DNA of 62,973 nt, filler included, from Cercozoa sp. M6MM (GCA_040357565.1; 7 parts of 7 records of this genome joined end to end with filler, not necessarily neighbours in it); one strand, 5' to 3'; positions 13,867 through 26,456 are shown, counted from the whole stretch's first letter. Notes: a model not told the origin generated them from the sequence alone. Numbers and translations are program-made.

Positions 13867-14067
13867 TTTATGTATAGATATCGATCGGGCTTGCTGGAAC
13901 GGTAGCTAACGTAACGTAAGGTTGCGTAGTAACGTATCTAGGGATTAGTGATCAAGTGTGGAGCATGCAGACGTATGACTGGACCGGACTAAATCAACGT
14001 AAAGCGGAAGCCCGTTCACCGGCACGGCAGCCCCCGAGCTTCGGAAGACTTAGTTGGTTGGTTTCCT

Positions 14068-15179
14068 TCACACACCTGGCATGCGTTTCTTTTTGGCACG
14101 AGCGCGACGTTTGTCGTCTTCGCGCTTGAGCTGCACAGACACATAAAAGTGAGCTGGGAGCAACCAAGTGTCGCCCGCTGTGGGAAGTAGTACGGCATCA
14201 ATGACATGAAACGGCAGGTCCGGTCGCATCTCGCCGTTTTCTGTCAGCAAGATGGAAACGCGCACATTACGGAGGAAAAGAAAGAAATGAGGAAGAGGAA
14301 GTCAGTCAGTCAGTACCGTCGATGGTGGTACAGTTCGACGGCTGCGTTCCTAGACTCTCGTTTTCGTTGCCTTTGTTTTTCTCGCTGGCGCGTTGTTGCC
14401 GCCGCAGCTGTCGCAGGTGTTTTTGTGCTTGCGTTTGATTGATCTAGTGTCGTGAGAACAAAGTGAAACGTCCGCATGGACACACTGGAGATGAGAGAGG
14501 CAAGTACAGCGACAGGTCGATTCCGAGGCAGATGCGGCTGCACTTGCTTTTTGTACTGACGCACCGTGTTCAGCAGTGCGGTGCTTTGCCGGGCCTTTAA
14601 ATGAGGATAATGGGAAAAAGGAAAGGAGTAAGAAAGAGAAGTGAAAGGCACCTGTTGCTCCATCACACGCAGCAGTGACACCAAAAAGCGAGTGGCCTAA
14701 CCAAGCACCACATGAAATACACTCAGAATCCTGGGAAGAAACACAGCAGTAACCTCTTGATCAGCGAGACAGGTGCTGTCATTGAGCCAAGTGCTTGCAG
14801 GTGGTACATAAGGCTACACAAAGAAAAAGCATCCCGAGAGTTACGAAAAATCCTGAAGCACAAAGCGAACCAAAAGAACGCCATCAGTGTCGTTTACAGC
14901 TCGTAGAACAAAGGGAAACAATGGGTTGTTTAAAATGCGCTTTTGTTGTGCCAAGTCGTCGCTCTCGGATTCGGTGTGACTCTGACCGTTGGCCTGACTC
15001 TGACTGGTGATCTGGCCGGCCAGCGGACTGTGACTGGTGTGACTGTGATTCGCGAAATGTTCACCCGCTTCCTCCTCAACTGTGTCCACTGGATTTAGCA
15101 AAGACTGCATTAGCTCTGCTTCATCCAAACCGGGAAACGACGACAACTCATCGCTGAAAAGCGAAGGCAAGTCGGACAT
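14068..15179 (-). CDS. Hypothetical nuclear protein with MEINOX/KNOX1-KNOX2-like segments and no homeodomain
   Basis: MSDLPSLF...QQKRILNNPLFPFVLRA...ADQEATRFLVSLLRVMEQQ...LKREDDKRRARAKKKRMPGV*. Confidence 0.5.
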
Positions 15180-15369
15180 CCTCCGCGCGGACGCGCAGAT
15201 TGACTCACTGACCTGCGTAATTCACCCTTTAACAGCCACCAAGACGTCCCTACAGGTTCTGCCACAACCGAGCTGCGCCTCTTGTTCGATACAGTACTAT
15301 AATCTGGCTGTTTACTTTTCTCGAGATCCGAGCGCTCTGAATGATGGAAATGACTTAGCCATTGTGCAA

Positions 15370-17512
15370 TGGTGCAGGCACGTGCTAATACACAGGCTAG
15401 CCAGCCTGCACGACGGCGAGAGTCACGCCTTGCCTGGATTGGTTTCTTGTTTGGTACATAGGCCCATTGTGACCGCCCGGGCTTTTCTTTCTACCGATTA
15501 TGGTCGTTACTGTTCGTTAGCCTTGCTGGTGAGAGTGTGCATTGCTGCCGGTGGACACTCAGGACAGAACGATGCACCGCGGTATGGCGACTTTGAGGCA
15601 CAAAGGTACTGCAGGTTGACTGCTTTAAGTTGCAGCTTTGTTGTTTAGGTGGTGTGCTTTGAGTTTGAGTTGAGCTGTTTTTGAGTGTTGAGTTGTTCTT
15701 TCTAGGCACTGGATGGAGATCACGGTGCAGCAGCCGCTGCAGCAGTGGTACCGCGTGAGCGAGGACTGGTGGCGCCTGGACTACCCTCCTTTGAGTGCCT
15801 TCTTCGCCTACCTGCTGGGCTGTCTGTTCGACGCCTTCGAGGCCACGCGTTTCTTTGTGGCCTGGGAGACTTCAAGGTGCGCTGGATACCCCCCCCCCCG
15901 TTTCCTTCGTTATTGGGTATGTCAAGTAGGGGTGCTGACACCCCGGAAACGCGCGCACTGATGCGACTCAGTGTGCTGGTGGCTGACCTAGTCGTGATGA
16001 TGACCGGTCTCTATGCCTTCAGCAAGAGCAGCAACAGCAGCAGTAAGAACATCAACACGTGGGCCACCTTGCTGGCACTGGTGTCACCGCCGCTGCTGCT
16101 GATCGATCACGGGCACTTTCAGTACAACTGCGTGGCTCTCGGACTCATGGTGTGGGCCGCCTGGTGCCTCCGCACGGACACCGCTAGGCAAATCGATCAA
16201 CAAACCCAGCGGACGGGTCAGCGGAAAAGCCACCGTGACCTGCCGCTCATGTGTCTGGGTGCAGCATGCTTCGCGGCGGCATTGTTGTTCAAGCAGATGC
16301 TGCTGCACGTGGCGCTGCCGTTTTTCGTGCTGCTGTTGAGTCGTTGTTTTCATCGGCGCTCTTTGTACTGTTGTCACGTTCTTGCCCCCTCCATTCCACT
16401 CTCACTACCTAATACCTACCCCCTCAATGATACCTTGGGTGCAGTGCGGACGGTGTGACCCGATTAACAGCGGTGGGGGCCACGGTGATTGTCGTGTTCG
16501 TTGTGTCCTTCTGGCCATGGCTCCGCGCTGACTGGCACGTCTTCAAGCAAAGCTTCCGCGCGGAAGGTGCAGGTCAGCACGTGTCGCTGTCGGAGTCGCA
16601 GGTGGCGCAGGTGCTGCGCCGACTGTTTCCGTTCTGGCGCGGACTGTACGAGGACAAGGTGGCTAACTTCTGGTGCAGCAGCAACCTCGTAATCAAGTGG
16701 CGCGAGCGCTTCGACAAGGCAGTGCTGCGACAACTCTCGACGGGCGCCACGCTCGTGTTTTCGCTGCCCTCGCTGCTGCCACTCTGGCGGTCGCCCACGA
16801 CGCACCACTTTGTATGGTAGATAGATGGGTGTGCGGGTAGAGGGTGTGCGGGTAGAGGGTGTGGGGGGTAGAGGGTGTGGGGGTAGAGGGTGTGGGGGTA
16901 AAGATGTGGCAACCGCGCTGTAGCTGCACTCGCTGCTGGCAACGTCGCTGGCGTTCTTTTTGTTTGGCTACCACGTGCACGAGAAGACCGTGCTGATCGC
17001 TGTGACATGTGCGCACCTGCTGCTGCTGTCGCGGTCGACTCATGCGACACTGCGTCGCTGGCTGGCGCAGTGTCTGCTGCCGGCGGCGGCGCTGTCCTTG
17101 TTCCCGCTGCTGCGACGAGATGGACAGTTCTACGGCTATTTGGGCTCGCTCTTGGTACTGGCCGCCCTGCTGCTGCTCTCGCCCTACCGACGCACCTGGG
17201 TCGACTATGCCGTCTGGAGTGCTTGCAGTGCTGTGCACCTTTATGACTGGTACACCCTCTCTACATCTGCTTATGCGTATGTGTGCATATGTATGATGTG
17301 TATGTGTTTGCAAAAGGCTCGCACCAGTGTCGCCGCGGTTTCCGCACATTGCGTTGTACCTGTTCTCGCTGGTTCCATTCGCCGTGCTCGCGGCCACCTG
17401 GCTGTTGACGACGCTGCTCGTGTGTGCGCCGTCGTCCAAGGTTACACGACTCGTGCTAACACTGCTTGAAAGCGGCTCTGGCTCCGCGAGTTCTGAGCGC
17501 AAATTGCAGTAG
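15370..17512 (+). CDS. ALG6: Dolichyl-P-Glc:Man9GlcNAc2-PP-dolichol alpha-1,3-glucosyltransferase
   Basis: YGDFEAQRHWMEIT, WRLDYPPLSAF, LIDHGHFQYN, FKQM, RLFPFWRGLYEDKVANFWC and FLFGYHVHEK are ALG6/ALG8-family motifs; YGDFEAQRHW and EDKVANFW favour ALG6. Start approximate. Confidence 0.9.
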
Positions 17513-17804
17513 CCGTTTTTTTAGCATGAACTACTGTATCCGCGCGGAAGCCCGGACCGTGTAGAAGATTTTGCAGTGTGTTTGCTGGTCTCCTGACCTA
17601 CTGAGAGCTTCAGTCCAGCCTGCGTAGGGAAGCCTTTAGCACGCTTTGGCAGCTGAACTCCCAGAACCGCTCTCTTTGCTGACCAACCGTTCAGTTCGGC
17701 TAGGAATCAGTTTAATACAGTTAAGAACACACTACAGCAGCTGCACTCGTTTTAGTCTTCTGACTTGCCTAGCCGTACGCTCTGAACGACACCTGGCGTT
17801 GAAA

Positions 17805-19337
17805 TCAGCACACGGGCACAGATACAGCGAGGCCGCCTGTGCAAAAACACACCCTCAAACAAGAAAAAGACAGGGGGGGGGGGGGGTAGTGGTCTGTCTG
17901 TACCGAGTGAGGTCTCCTTGTACTTGCTCTGCATGTCGATACCGGTCTGCTTCATCGTGGCGATCACGGCGTCCAGAGAGACCTGCGAAACAGAGTATCA
18001 GTCAAGTCAGGGTCAAGTCAGGGGGAAGTAGTGAACAAGAAAAAAGTGCACCCGATGCCGACCGTCGCCGCACAGCGCGAGTCGCGAGGCCGTCACTGCC
18101 TTGGCGGCACCCACGGCGTTGCTGTCATAATACACAGTGTGAAAACAAGAGTGTTTCTTTAAGGGAGTGTCCGCGCGGATACCGCTCGATACACGGCACT
18201 TGCACGAGACCGTCGATCGGATCGCAGGTCAGTCCGAGCGAGTGTTCCTGAGGGAGGGGTGTAGGGGGTAGGGAGTAGCGGGGTGGGGTATAGGGGGGTA
18301 GGGGTAGAGGGGTAAAGGGGGTACCATGGCAATCTCGGCGGCGTTGCAGACCTGTTCGGGCGTGCCGCCCACCACCTCCGTCAGAGCGGCCGCTGCCATG
18401 CTGTGTTTGCAGGGGGGGGGGGGGAGGTAAGATGGGTGGTAACAGGAGGGGTAAGATGGGGGGTAAGATGGGGGGTAATATGGGGGGGTAAGATGGGGGT
18501 AAGATGGGGCAACAGGGGAGGGGGTAAAGGGGGTAAGCAGAGGGGTAAAGCCGCACCTAGCAGCCACGCCGACCTCGCCCTGACAGCCGACTTCAGCGGC
18601 CGAGATCGAGGCACCTCGCTTAAACAGCATGCCTATGGCCGAGGCCTACACAGTACACATGTACATATACTGTACACATGTACATGTACAGTACACATGT
18701 ACAGTACACAGGACAAAAGTGAGAGTTAAGGCTACGCAGAGCAGCATCTGCACGATGCCGTCCTCGCAGGGATCGCGGTGGTACTGCAGGTAGTAGTGCA
18801 CCACCGCCGGAATCACGCCGGCCGCGCCGTTCGTCGGCGCCGTCACCACGCTGCACCACACTTACCCCCTCTTTACCCCTCTGTTTACCCCCCTTATCAC
18901 CCCTATTTACCCCCCCCCCAGGAACCAGGAGGACTACCGTCCACCGCAGGCGTTCTCCTCGTTGACAGCGATGGCCCAGGCGGCCAGCCTGTGTCACAAC
19001 GAGGTAGGAAGGTGGGGGGGGAGGGCAAAGAGGGGGGTAAAGAGGGGGGTAAAGAGGGGTACCAGTCCATGCGCGTGCTGCCGCCCATCATCTGCAACGG
19101 GTGACTCTGCTCCGTGGCCGCGTTCTGCAGCATCTTGCCTGCTCACCCCGTTCATATGTACGGTCCATATGTACGGTCCATATGTACGGTCCGTATGTAA
19201 CAGTCCGTATGTAACAGTCCATATGTACGGTCCATATGTACACTGAGGGCTACTTAAGGGAGTGAACCGTACCCAGACCAGGGGCGCGACGTGAAATGCC
19301 GAGACGGCCAGGCAGCATGCCTCGCGTCTCCATACCT
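17805..19337 (-). CDS. sdaA: Fe-S-dependent L-serine dehydratase (SdaA/SdaB family), 5' part missing at contig edge
   Basis: [91 protein letters not shown]. The three cluster-ligating Cys motifs are present; the gene has introns. Confidence 0.93.
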
Positions 19338-19359
19338 GAGGGGGGTAAAGGGGGGGGGG

Positions 19360-19459
19360 NNNNNNNNNNNNNNNNNNNNNNNNNNNNNNNNNNNNNNNNN
19401 NNNTTAATTAATTAANNNNNNNNNNNNNNNNNNNNNNNNNNNNNNNNNNNNNNNNNNNN
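19360..19459. other. Artificial contig-joining spacer (N...TTAATTAATTAA...N)
   Basis: A 12-mer with stops in all six frames inside an N run. The same spacer recurs at 29874, 37117, 52658, 58749 and 61386. Confidence 0.97.
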
Positions 19460-19530
19460 GTACCTTCATCTCAGTTTCCGAAACTGCACATGGTTATGCT
19501 GATGTAATTTATTGCATGTAAATAAATTTA

Positions 19531-19999
19531 GTTCTGTGCTTCGCCATCGACAGCAAGGCCTCTCTGAACAATGCCAAGAACAAGTGGTACCCGGAGCTGC
19601 GCAATCACGGTCCACCTGGAACGCCGATTTACCTCGTGGGCACCAAAGGCGACCTCAGACACCAAGACGGACACACTTTGTATCTTTCTTCAATAGTCCC
19701 GGTGTGATTGATATGTTGGTATGTCTGTGTTCGGGCAGGGTATCGGAAGAAGAGGCATTGGCGATGGCTACCGACATCGGTGCCTCTGCATACCACGAGG
19801 TCTCAGCCATGACCATGGTACCACACGCACTCTCTCCGAGTCTCTCACTTCTGCTTCCAGACCTCATCACTGTCTCTGCTTTGTGTAACGGCAGGATGGA
19901 GTGCACGAGCTGTTCAAGAGCGCGGCGACGTTTGGAGTGCAGCGAAGACGGCAAAAGAGCAAGCACATCCGCCGTCACAAGCGCTGCACTGTCATGTGA
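19531..19999 (+). CDS. Rho/Rac-family small GTPase, 3' fragment
   Basis: CFAIDSKASLNNAKNKWYPELRNH...IYLVGTKGDLR...YHEVSAMTMDGVHELF...polybasic RRRQKSKHIRRHKR followed by CAAX CTVM*. Confidence 0.88.
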
Positions 20000-20430
20000 C
20001 GGAGGCAATAGTACTGAGTGTCGACTCCAAGGGACAGTGGCACGACCACTTCGTCCGATCGAAATTGTTTTAGCCAGGTTTGATTTGTGTAAAAGTGCGT
20101 TGATGCGATGGATCGGATGGGCTAACCGCACCGACTAGGCTGAGTCGAGTCGAGTGTTTTCACGCTAGCACTGGACGGTAACGAATGGAGCCAAAACTAT
20201 TAGTATCGGACTGCTTGTACGGCACCGCACTCAACTGGTACTCGACTGGCACAGCACGGCATAACCGAAGCACGCGGCACGAGCCGCCGTTAGCGGTTCG
20301 TTGTCGGCAGGCCGCGCAACGGCTGGGCACGTCGCACCGTCATGATCAGTCTCTGACGCACGCACGGCACAAATAGGACTCCGGGCCCAGTTGCAGGTTT
20401 ACACAACTCGCTTATGACAGCGAGAGGAAG

Positions 20431-22616
20431 TTATTGACTGTTGGGATTGCTACTCACACAAAGGGTACAACATGGACTGGGTGTGACAGATCGAAACAGG
20501 GGGTACAAAGCAGGCATGTTGGCCGAGAATCCCGGTGTGCTACGAAAACACAACACAAACCAAGAGAAAGTACAGAGAGCAAGAGACAGACGGACAGGCT
20601 AAGAAGTATCTGGTGTACAAGGAAGGAGCCGCCGCAGAGAAGCTCGGCACGCTGTGAACAGAGAACAAAGCAAAATGTGAGTTCTGTTATTTTCCGTCAA
20701 GAGAACGAGCACGCGAAAGTGTAAAAGTACAAAGCAGGCGCATCGGCCGACGGAGCACTGATTTGCGAACACGACAAAAGAATGAACGAATACTCAATAA
20801 CACAAACGAACACAAAAAGAAAAAAGAAACACAGAAGAGAACTCACGCCTGTTCTTTGTTCTTGTCGCGCTTGTTCTTCTTGTTCTTCCTGTCCTTCTTG
20901 TCCTTCTTGTTCTTTTGTTTCGCCTTCTTGACTCCCTGTGGTTGCAGCTGTTGTTGTTGCTGTTGCTGTTGTTGCTTCTTTTCCTTCTGTCGCTGCTTGC
21001 GCTGTTTCTTCTTTGAGTCACTGTCGGCAGTCGCTGCTGCTGAAGGCGTAGCTACAAGTGCAGTGTACTCTGCCAGAAGGACGGTCACACAGACACAGGA
21101 AGACAGCAGCATAGGGCAGTAGTACCTTTGGCAAGTGCCTGCACCTCAAGCAGTTTGGCCTCGTGTTTGTAGAAACGCGTGCGCGTGCGCTGCAGCAGTT
21201 TCTCGCGCTGCTTGCGGCGCTCAACGTCGTCAGCAATGTCAAGCTCGGCCAGGCGTCTGTCAAACAGACAGACGCAGTTGGTGAGAGTGTATCATTCCCC
21301 CCTTCTTCTTACCTCCCCTTCTTATCAACTCACTCGAAGAAAGAGTACTTGGCAACTTCGGCCTCGATTTTCGGTTCCAGTGCCTTTTTTTGTTTGGACG
21401 TGAGTCGCAGCGGCGCTTTGGACTTCTTCGTGTCTGAAGTGTCGGCTTTTGTTTTTGTTGTTTGTTGTTTCTGCTGTTTTTGTTGTTGCTGTTTCTGCTG
21501 TTGTTGTTGTTTCTTGTCGGACTTGGAGGAAGATTTCTGCTTGGACTTGCCGCTTTTGCTATCGTGTGCTCGCACCAGAAAGTTTACAATGGCCGGAGTC
21601 TCCTCGGTAACTGCACCTGCAAGAACAAGGTAGGACAAAAGGGTACTCTATGGGTAGGTAGGTAGGTGGGTTTGTAGGTAGGTGGGTTGGTAGGTAGGCG
21701 GGTTGGTAGATGGGAAGATAGTGTCTGCTTGGTACCCTGCAACTTGGTGGTCTTAATGGCCTTCTCTTTCGCCAACTTGGCTTGTGTCTCCCTATGTGTA
21801 CACATACCCACACACACACACACACACACATATACATACACACACACACACACACATACACACACATATATATATACAGGGACCTTTCTGTAGAAGCATA
21901 CCTCTTCTGTTCGAGAGCGCGTTGCTTGGCGAGAGACTTGCTGAGTCGCGGCGCGATCTTTTCTTCCTCCTGCACACACAAATACAAACATACATGGCAG
22001 CCTTGGGTCTACGGGTGTGTGTGTGTGTGCGGGGGGGGGGGGGGGTGGGGGAGGGGTAAACTCACCTCGGGCGTGAGTGTTCGGCCCTCGCAGAAGGCAG
22101 TGTACTTGGCCTGCTCAAGCAGGAAGTCTTCGTCCTTGGCGCAGGTGCCTTGACGAGAGTCCTGCTTGGGCATCTCGGGCAGCAACTGGTTCATCGCCAT
22201 GGTCACTTGCAACTACGTCCATAAGGGACATAACACCACCAGAAACAAACCTGGCCTCCCTCACCTCTATCTCCTGAGAAACGCACCTGCTGCAATTCCG
22301 GCTCCTCAGTTTCCTCAGTCACTTCAAGTTCGTCCTCGTTTTTCTCGTCACTGTCGGTCTTCTGCGAACCCACTTGAGAGCACATTAAAAAAAAACAAAA
22401 CAAAACAAAACACAGTAAGCTATGTGGCAGGACAGGCTACAGGCAGATGCTTGGGAAAAGCGACAGTCCGCGACACAATGTTGGCGAAGGCAGCGGCTTC
22501 ATCCTCAGAGTTCACAACGACGTAGGCAACGCTCGACTTGCTCAGGTAGGTGCTGGTGTCGTGCCACGCCTGCGGCGCCACGAAGCGCAAAAGCTGCCCA
22601 GCATCACACCTCTCCT

Positions 22617-22677
<61 letters not shown>

Positions 22678-22829
22678 AGCAAACAATACAATACGTGCGG
22701 TACCGTAAAGGACGGCACCTGCGCCTTTTGCAGCGCCTCCTGGAGCTGCGCTGGCGTCACGTGCGGCGGAATCGAGCGCACCACGAGTTTCACTCGACGC
22801 GCCTTCCGGCCTCGTTTTTGGGACGCCAT
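20431..22829 (-). CDS. UPF3: Nonsense-mediated decay factor UPF3/Smg4
   Basis: KLVVRSIPPHVT...SVAYVVV (RRM-like), QDSRQGTCAKDEDF (cf. DxRxGTIxxDxDY), ETPAIVNFL (cf. TPLLxFL), then a K/Q-rich region. Final mini-exons end ...AFNPNSQ*. Confidence 0.75.
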
Positions 22830-23051
22830 CGCTTACTAACCAATGTGCGCACGCGTGTTATTGCAGTACTTAGTACCGCAACGCCAGTCCTATGACGCCA
22901 GTCCGGTCCTTGTGAAATTCAAAAAAAAAAACGAAAGCTTCCAAAGTTCTGATAGTTTGCTTGCATTTTTACGAACGGACAGCCTCAGCTTTACCGAAAC
23001 GAACGACTGTTGATAAAACAATACACGTGAACAGCCCGCTAGACTACTAAA

Positions 23052-23960
23052 CTACACGGCAACAACATGCACGCAACTGGCAAACGTCATGGCGAGGTAG
23101 TCATGTCGCTGCTGATTCCAGGCGAAGTGCTCGATAGGTTTCGGTGCCGTGTAGGCCATGTTGGCTATCCAGACAGTAAAGTGAAATACTGGACACACTA
23201 CCAGGGGTTTGATAGAGTTGCAATGTACACTGCCGAGTGCTGACATTCCACAGTCGGGCCGTGCAGTCAACGCCGGCACTCACGAGGTACTGTGCGTGGT
23301 GCGGAGCCCAGTGGACGGCGTTGAGAGGCCTCGTGCAGGTGTCGACAGGAGTGTTGCCACCTTGAGCAGCTACCGAGACAGTCTCGGGAGGATGCAGCTG
23401 CACCAGAGGCCTGCCAGGTGAGCGTATGTCCAGCACAGTGACTGCGTCGCTGTTCTCGTCGGTGACAGCGACATAGTTGCGGTCCAACTGATTCCAGTCC
23501 ACGCGGATCAACTGCAGAGCAAGGCATTGGGACAGTGCCTTCAAAGGACAGACAGGATACAGAGTTGTACCGACTCTTTGTCTGCACCTTCGTACAGAAT
23601 CGTCGAGTGCTCCAGTGCGCGCAGATCGAATATTCGCACGCTGGAGTCGCGACTCACCTGCTCACACACAACCGAATGATACTGCCCTTTACCCCCTTTA
23701 CTCCCCCGTTTACTCCCTCTCGAGAAAGGAAGGGTCAAGGTACGCTGCCAAAGACGCAGGGATGCGGAGCAAACGACAGGTCGTACACCGACTCGTCGTG
23801 CGCGATGAGCTGCGCGCGTATCTGCGAGGTGCGCACGTCCCAGATGGTGCAGGTGCCGTCGATACTGCTGACACCGAGCACGTCCTTGTCCGCGCGGTTC
23901 CAGTGGACCGAAGTCAGTGGCGCACGTGACTCCTGGTTGCGCGGGTTGCTGAGCTGCCCA

Positions 23961-24001
<41 letters not shown>

Positions 24002-24676
24002 TAGATAGATAGTGTATGGACTAGTCGTATACAAGACAGAGTACCTGGGCCACACAGGAGACATTGCCGAACACGGAGTCTTCGGTGCTAGCACTGCTGA
24101 TGTGCGACGTTCGATTGGTACTCTCGTTCTCGTCGTGACTCGAGATGTCGCGACTGCCACTGCTCGTGAAGCTATCGCCCAGCGCGCCCTGCACTCGGAA
24201 CACACGCAGCAAGTCGCTCGTGCTCACAAACACGTCTTCTCCAGCGACATCGTCGCTACCCCGCGGTCGCCATTGCAGACCTACCTCCGTGCATTAACTG
24301 ATATATCCCAACTTATTCTTTAAACCGTACCTGTGGCAGGGAACATGTGTCTGAAACCACCGACTGTGCGCCACTCGCCTGTCCAGTCAGCACGTGCAGA
24401 AAGAGAGATGGAGCGATATTGTTTGTATGGTGTACGGCACCACACTTCAAGTCAAGCTCGAGCACATGCAACTCGTTGGCTCGCCGCTCATTGAAACTCC
24501 CAACGGCCACGCGAACCACATCCCGCTCGCCACCTGCCAAACACTCCTGCAGTATAGCAAAAAGAGACTTTGGGTGCCCTTCAAGATAAGTCACCAGAGT
24601 GCTGGGCCTCGCTCCACGCGATCGCGTAGCACGGAAAAGGCGCCTCCCACGTGAACGTTGGTGGCGCCTCCGTCAT
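23052..24676 (-). CDS. DCAF7: WD40 protein, DCAF7/WDR68/AN11-TTG1 family
   Basis: CYAIAWS...RVAVGSFNE...STSDLLRVF...APLTSVHWN...SSIDGTCTIWD...QLIAHDESVYD...SRDSSVRIFDLRALEHSTILYE. Confidence 0.88.
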
Positions 24677-25456
24677 CCGGCCGATCCCACTGGCAAAACG
24701 ATCACTCAATGCAGCAAAATACGGAACGCGATCGGCGATAACGAGTCTCAAAACAAGTCAAAGATGCTTCTTGGATGCTCGTTGTGCGCAATAACGCACC
24801 AAAAGGCACAAAACGTTCTTTTTTTGTGTGGCTACAAAAGTCGGGACCGTAAACAGTATTATTTGGAAAAACACCTGACTGCAACAGTGAACAGTGAGCT
24901 AGAGTAGGGCGGTGAGATCTCGTTGCCGTTACTGCCAGTGACTTTTGATTTCCAGCAAGCATCGGCTGGAGGTGTCCGCTAGAGACCATCTTGTCACTTT
25001 CTTTTCTGGGAGGAGTTTTGGGCCATTTGGCATTGGGACAGCGGCGCTGCGCTGATTTCAGTGCCAGCACGCTGCCACACGGCTTGTTGTCCGTAGAACT
25101 TCGTGGCTGTGTGCTTGTTTTTTTCAATGAGCAGTTGGTTGATTTTCGGGGTTTTGCTGTTTGTTTGCTGTTTGTTTGATGCAGTATGTGTTTTGTGTTT
25201 TGGGCAGAGCAGCACACGGCGGTGTTATTGTTGTCACGCGGAAAGGAGAGTTGCCCTCGCCTTTGTCCGAGACAGGCTATTGATACTTCGCACGTGCAGT
25301 CACAGGAGAACTGCCTAGGCAGAGAGGCAGAGACGACGCGGTGAATTGCGACTACAGTCACACATTCACACAAGCACACAAACACACAGAGAGAGATAGA
25401 GAGAGAGAAAGATAGACACACACACACATACGCACACAAACCGAGACAGCGACACA

Positions 25457-25896
25457 ATGGGCGGCAGATTCTCACGATTGTTCAGACGCAAGCAGCCAAA
25501 ACTGCGCATTCTCTTGCTGGGCCTCGATTCGGCCGGCAAGACCACGATCCTGTTCCAGGTGTGTTGCTGTTGTATTGAGTGTGTATGTGTGTGTTGGTGT
25601 TGTATTGAGTGTGTGTGCGCACATGTACAGTTGAAGATGGGCGAGCCAACGCACACAGTGCCGACGCTGGGCTTCAACGTCGAGACGGTAACAACGCAGA
25701 CGGCGAGCGGCAAGCTTACTGTCAACATCTGGGACGTCGGTGGACAGGTGCGCACCCTCCTGGCACCTTGTGTGTGTGTGTGTGTGTGTGTATCTAATAT
25801 GTGCTGAGCCATGTGTCTGTTGGACAGGACAAGCTGCGCCCGTTGTGGCGACACTACTACGCCGGCACGAGCGGCGTCATCTTTGTCGTGGACTCG

Positions 25897-25945
<49 letters not shown>

Positions 25946-26403
25946 NNNNNNNNNNNNNNNNNNNNNNNNNNNNNNNNNNNNNNNNNNNNNNNNNNNNNNN
26001 NNNNNNNNNNNNNNNNNNNNNNNNNNNNNNNNNNNNNNNNNNNNNACACACACACACACACATGTACATTTATAGAGATAGAGTATATGCCATGCATGTG
26101 ATTGCTGTTAGAACGACACGGAGCGTGTTGAACTCGCAAAGCAGGAGATGCACTTCCTCATGCAGGAGCGCGAGCTGGCCAACGCTTGTATTTGCGTCAT
26201 TGCGAACAAGCAGGACCTGGTAGAAACACATCGGAGTGTACATGGCGGTCTGGTACCGATCTGTGTTTAGGCGACGGCACTGTCACCCGAGGAACTCGCG
26301 CAACGCCTGGACCTGGCGTCGATCAAGCACACCAACACGATCATGCCCGCCGTGGCGACAGAAGGCACCGGTTTGCAGGATGCCATGGTATTATCGCCTC
26401 TCT

Positions 26404-26456
<53 letters not shown>

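Noticed and set aside
17536-18182. 13-bp inverted match GTATCCGCGCGGA around the sdaA 3' end
   Set aside because: It is mostly the self-palindrome TCCGCGCGGA, which occurs several times in the window, and one copy is a splice donor; it is not a TIR pair.
19404-19415. Recurring palindromic TTAATTAATTAA (six copies)
   Set aside because: Always centred in a 100-nt N-padded block and gives stops in all six frames, so it is a synthetic contig linker.
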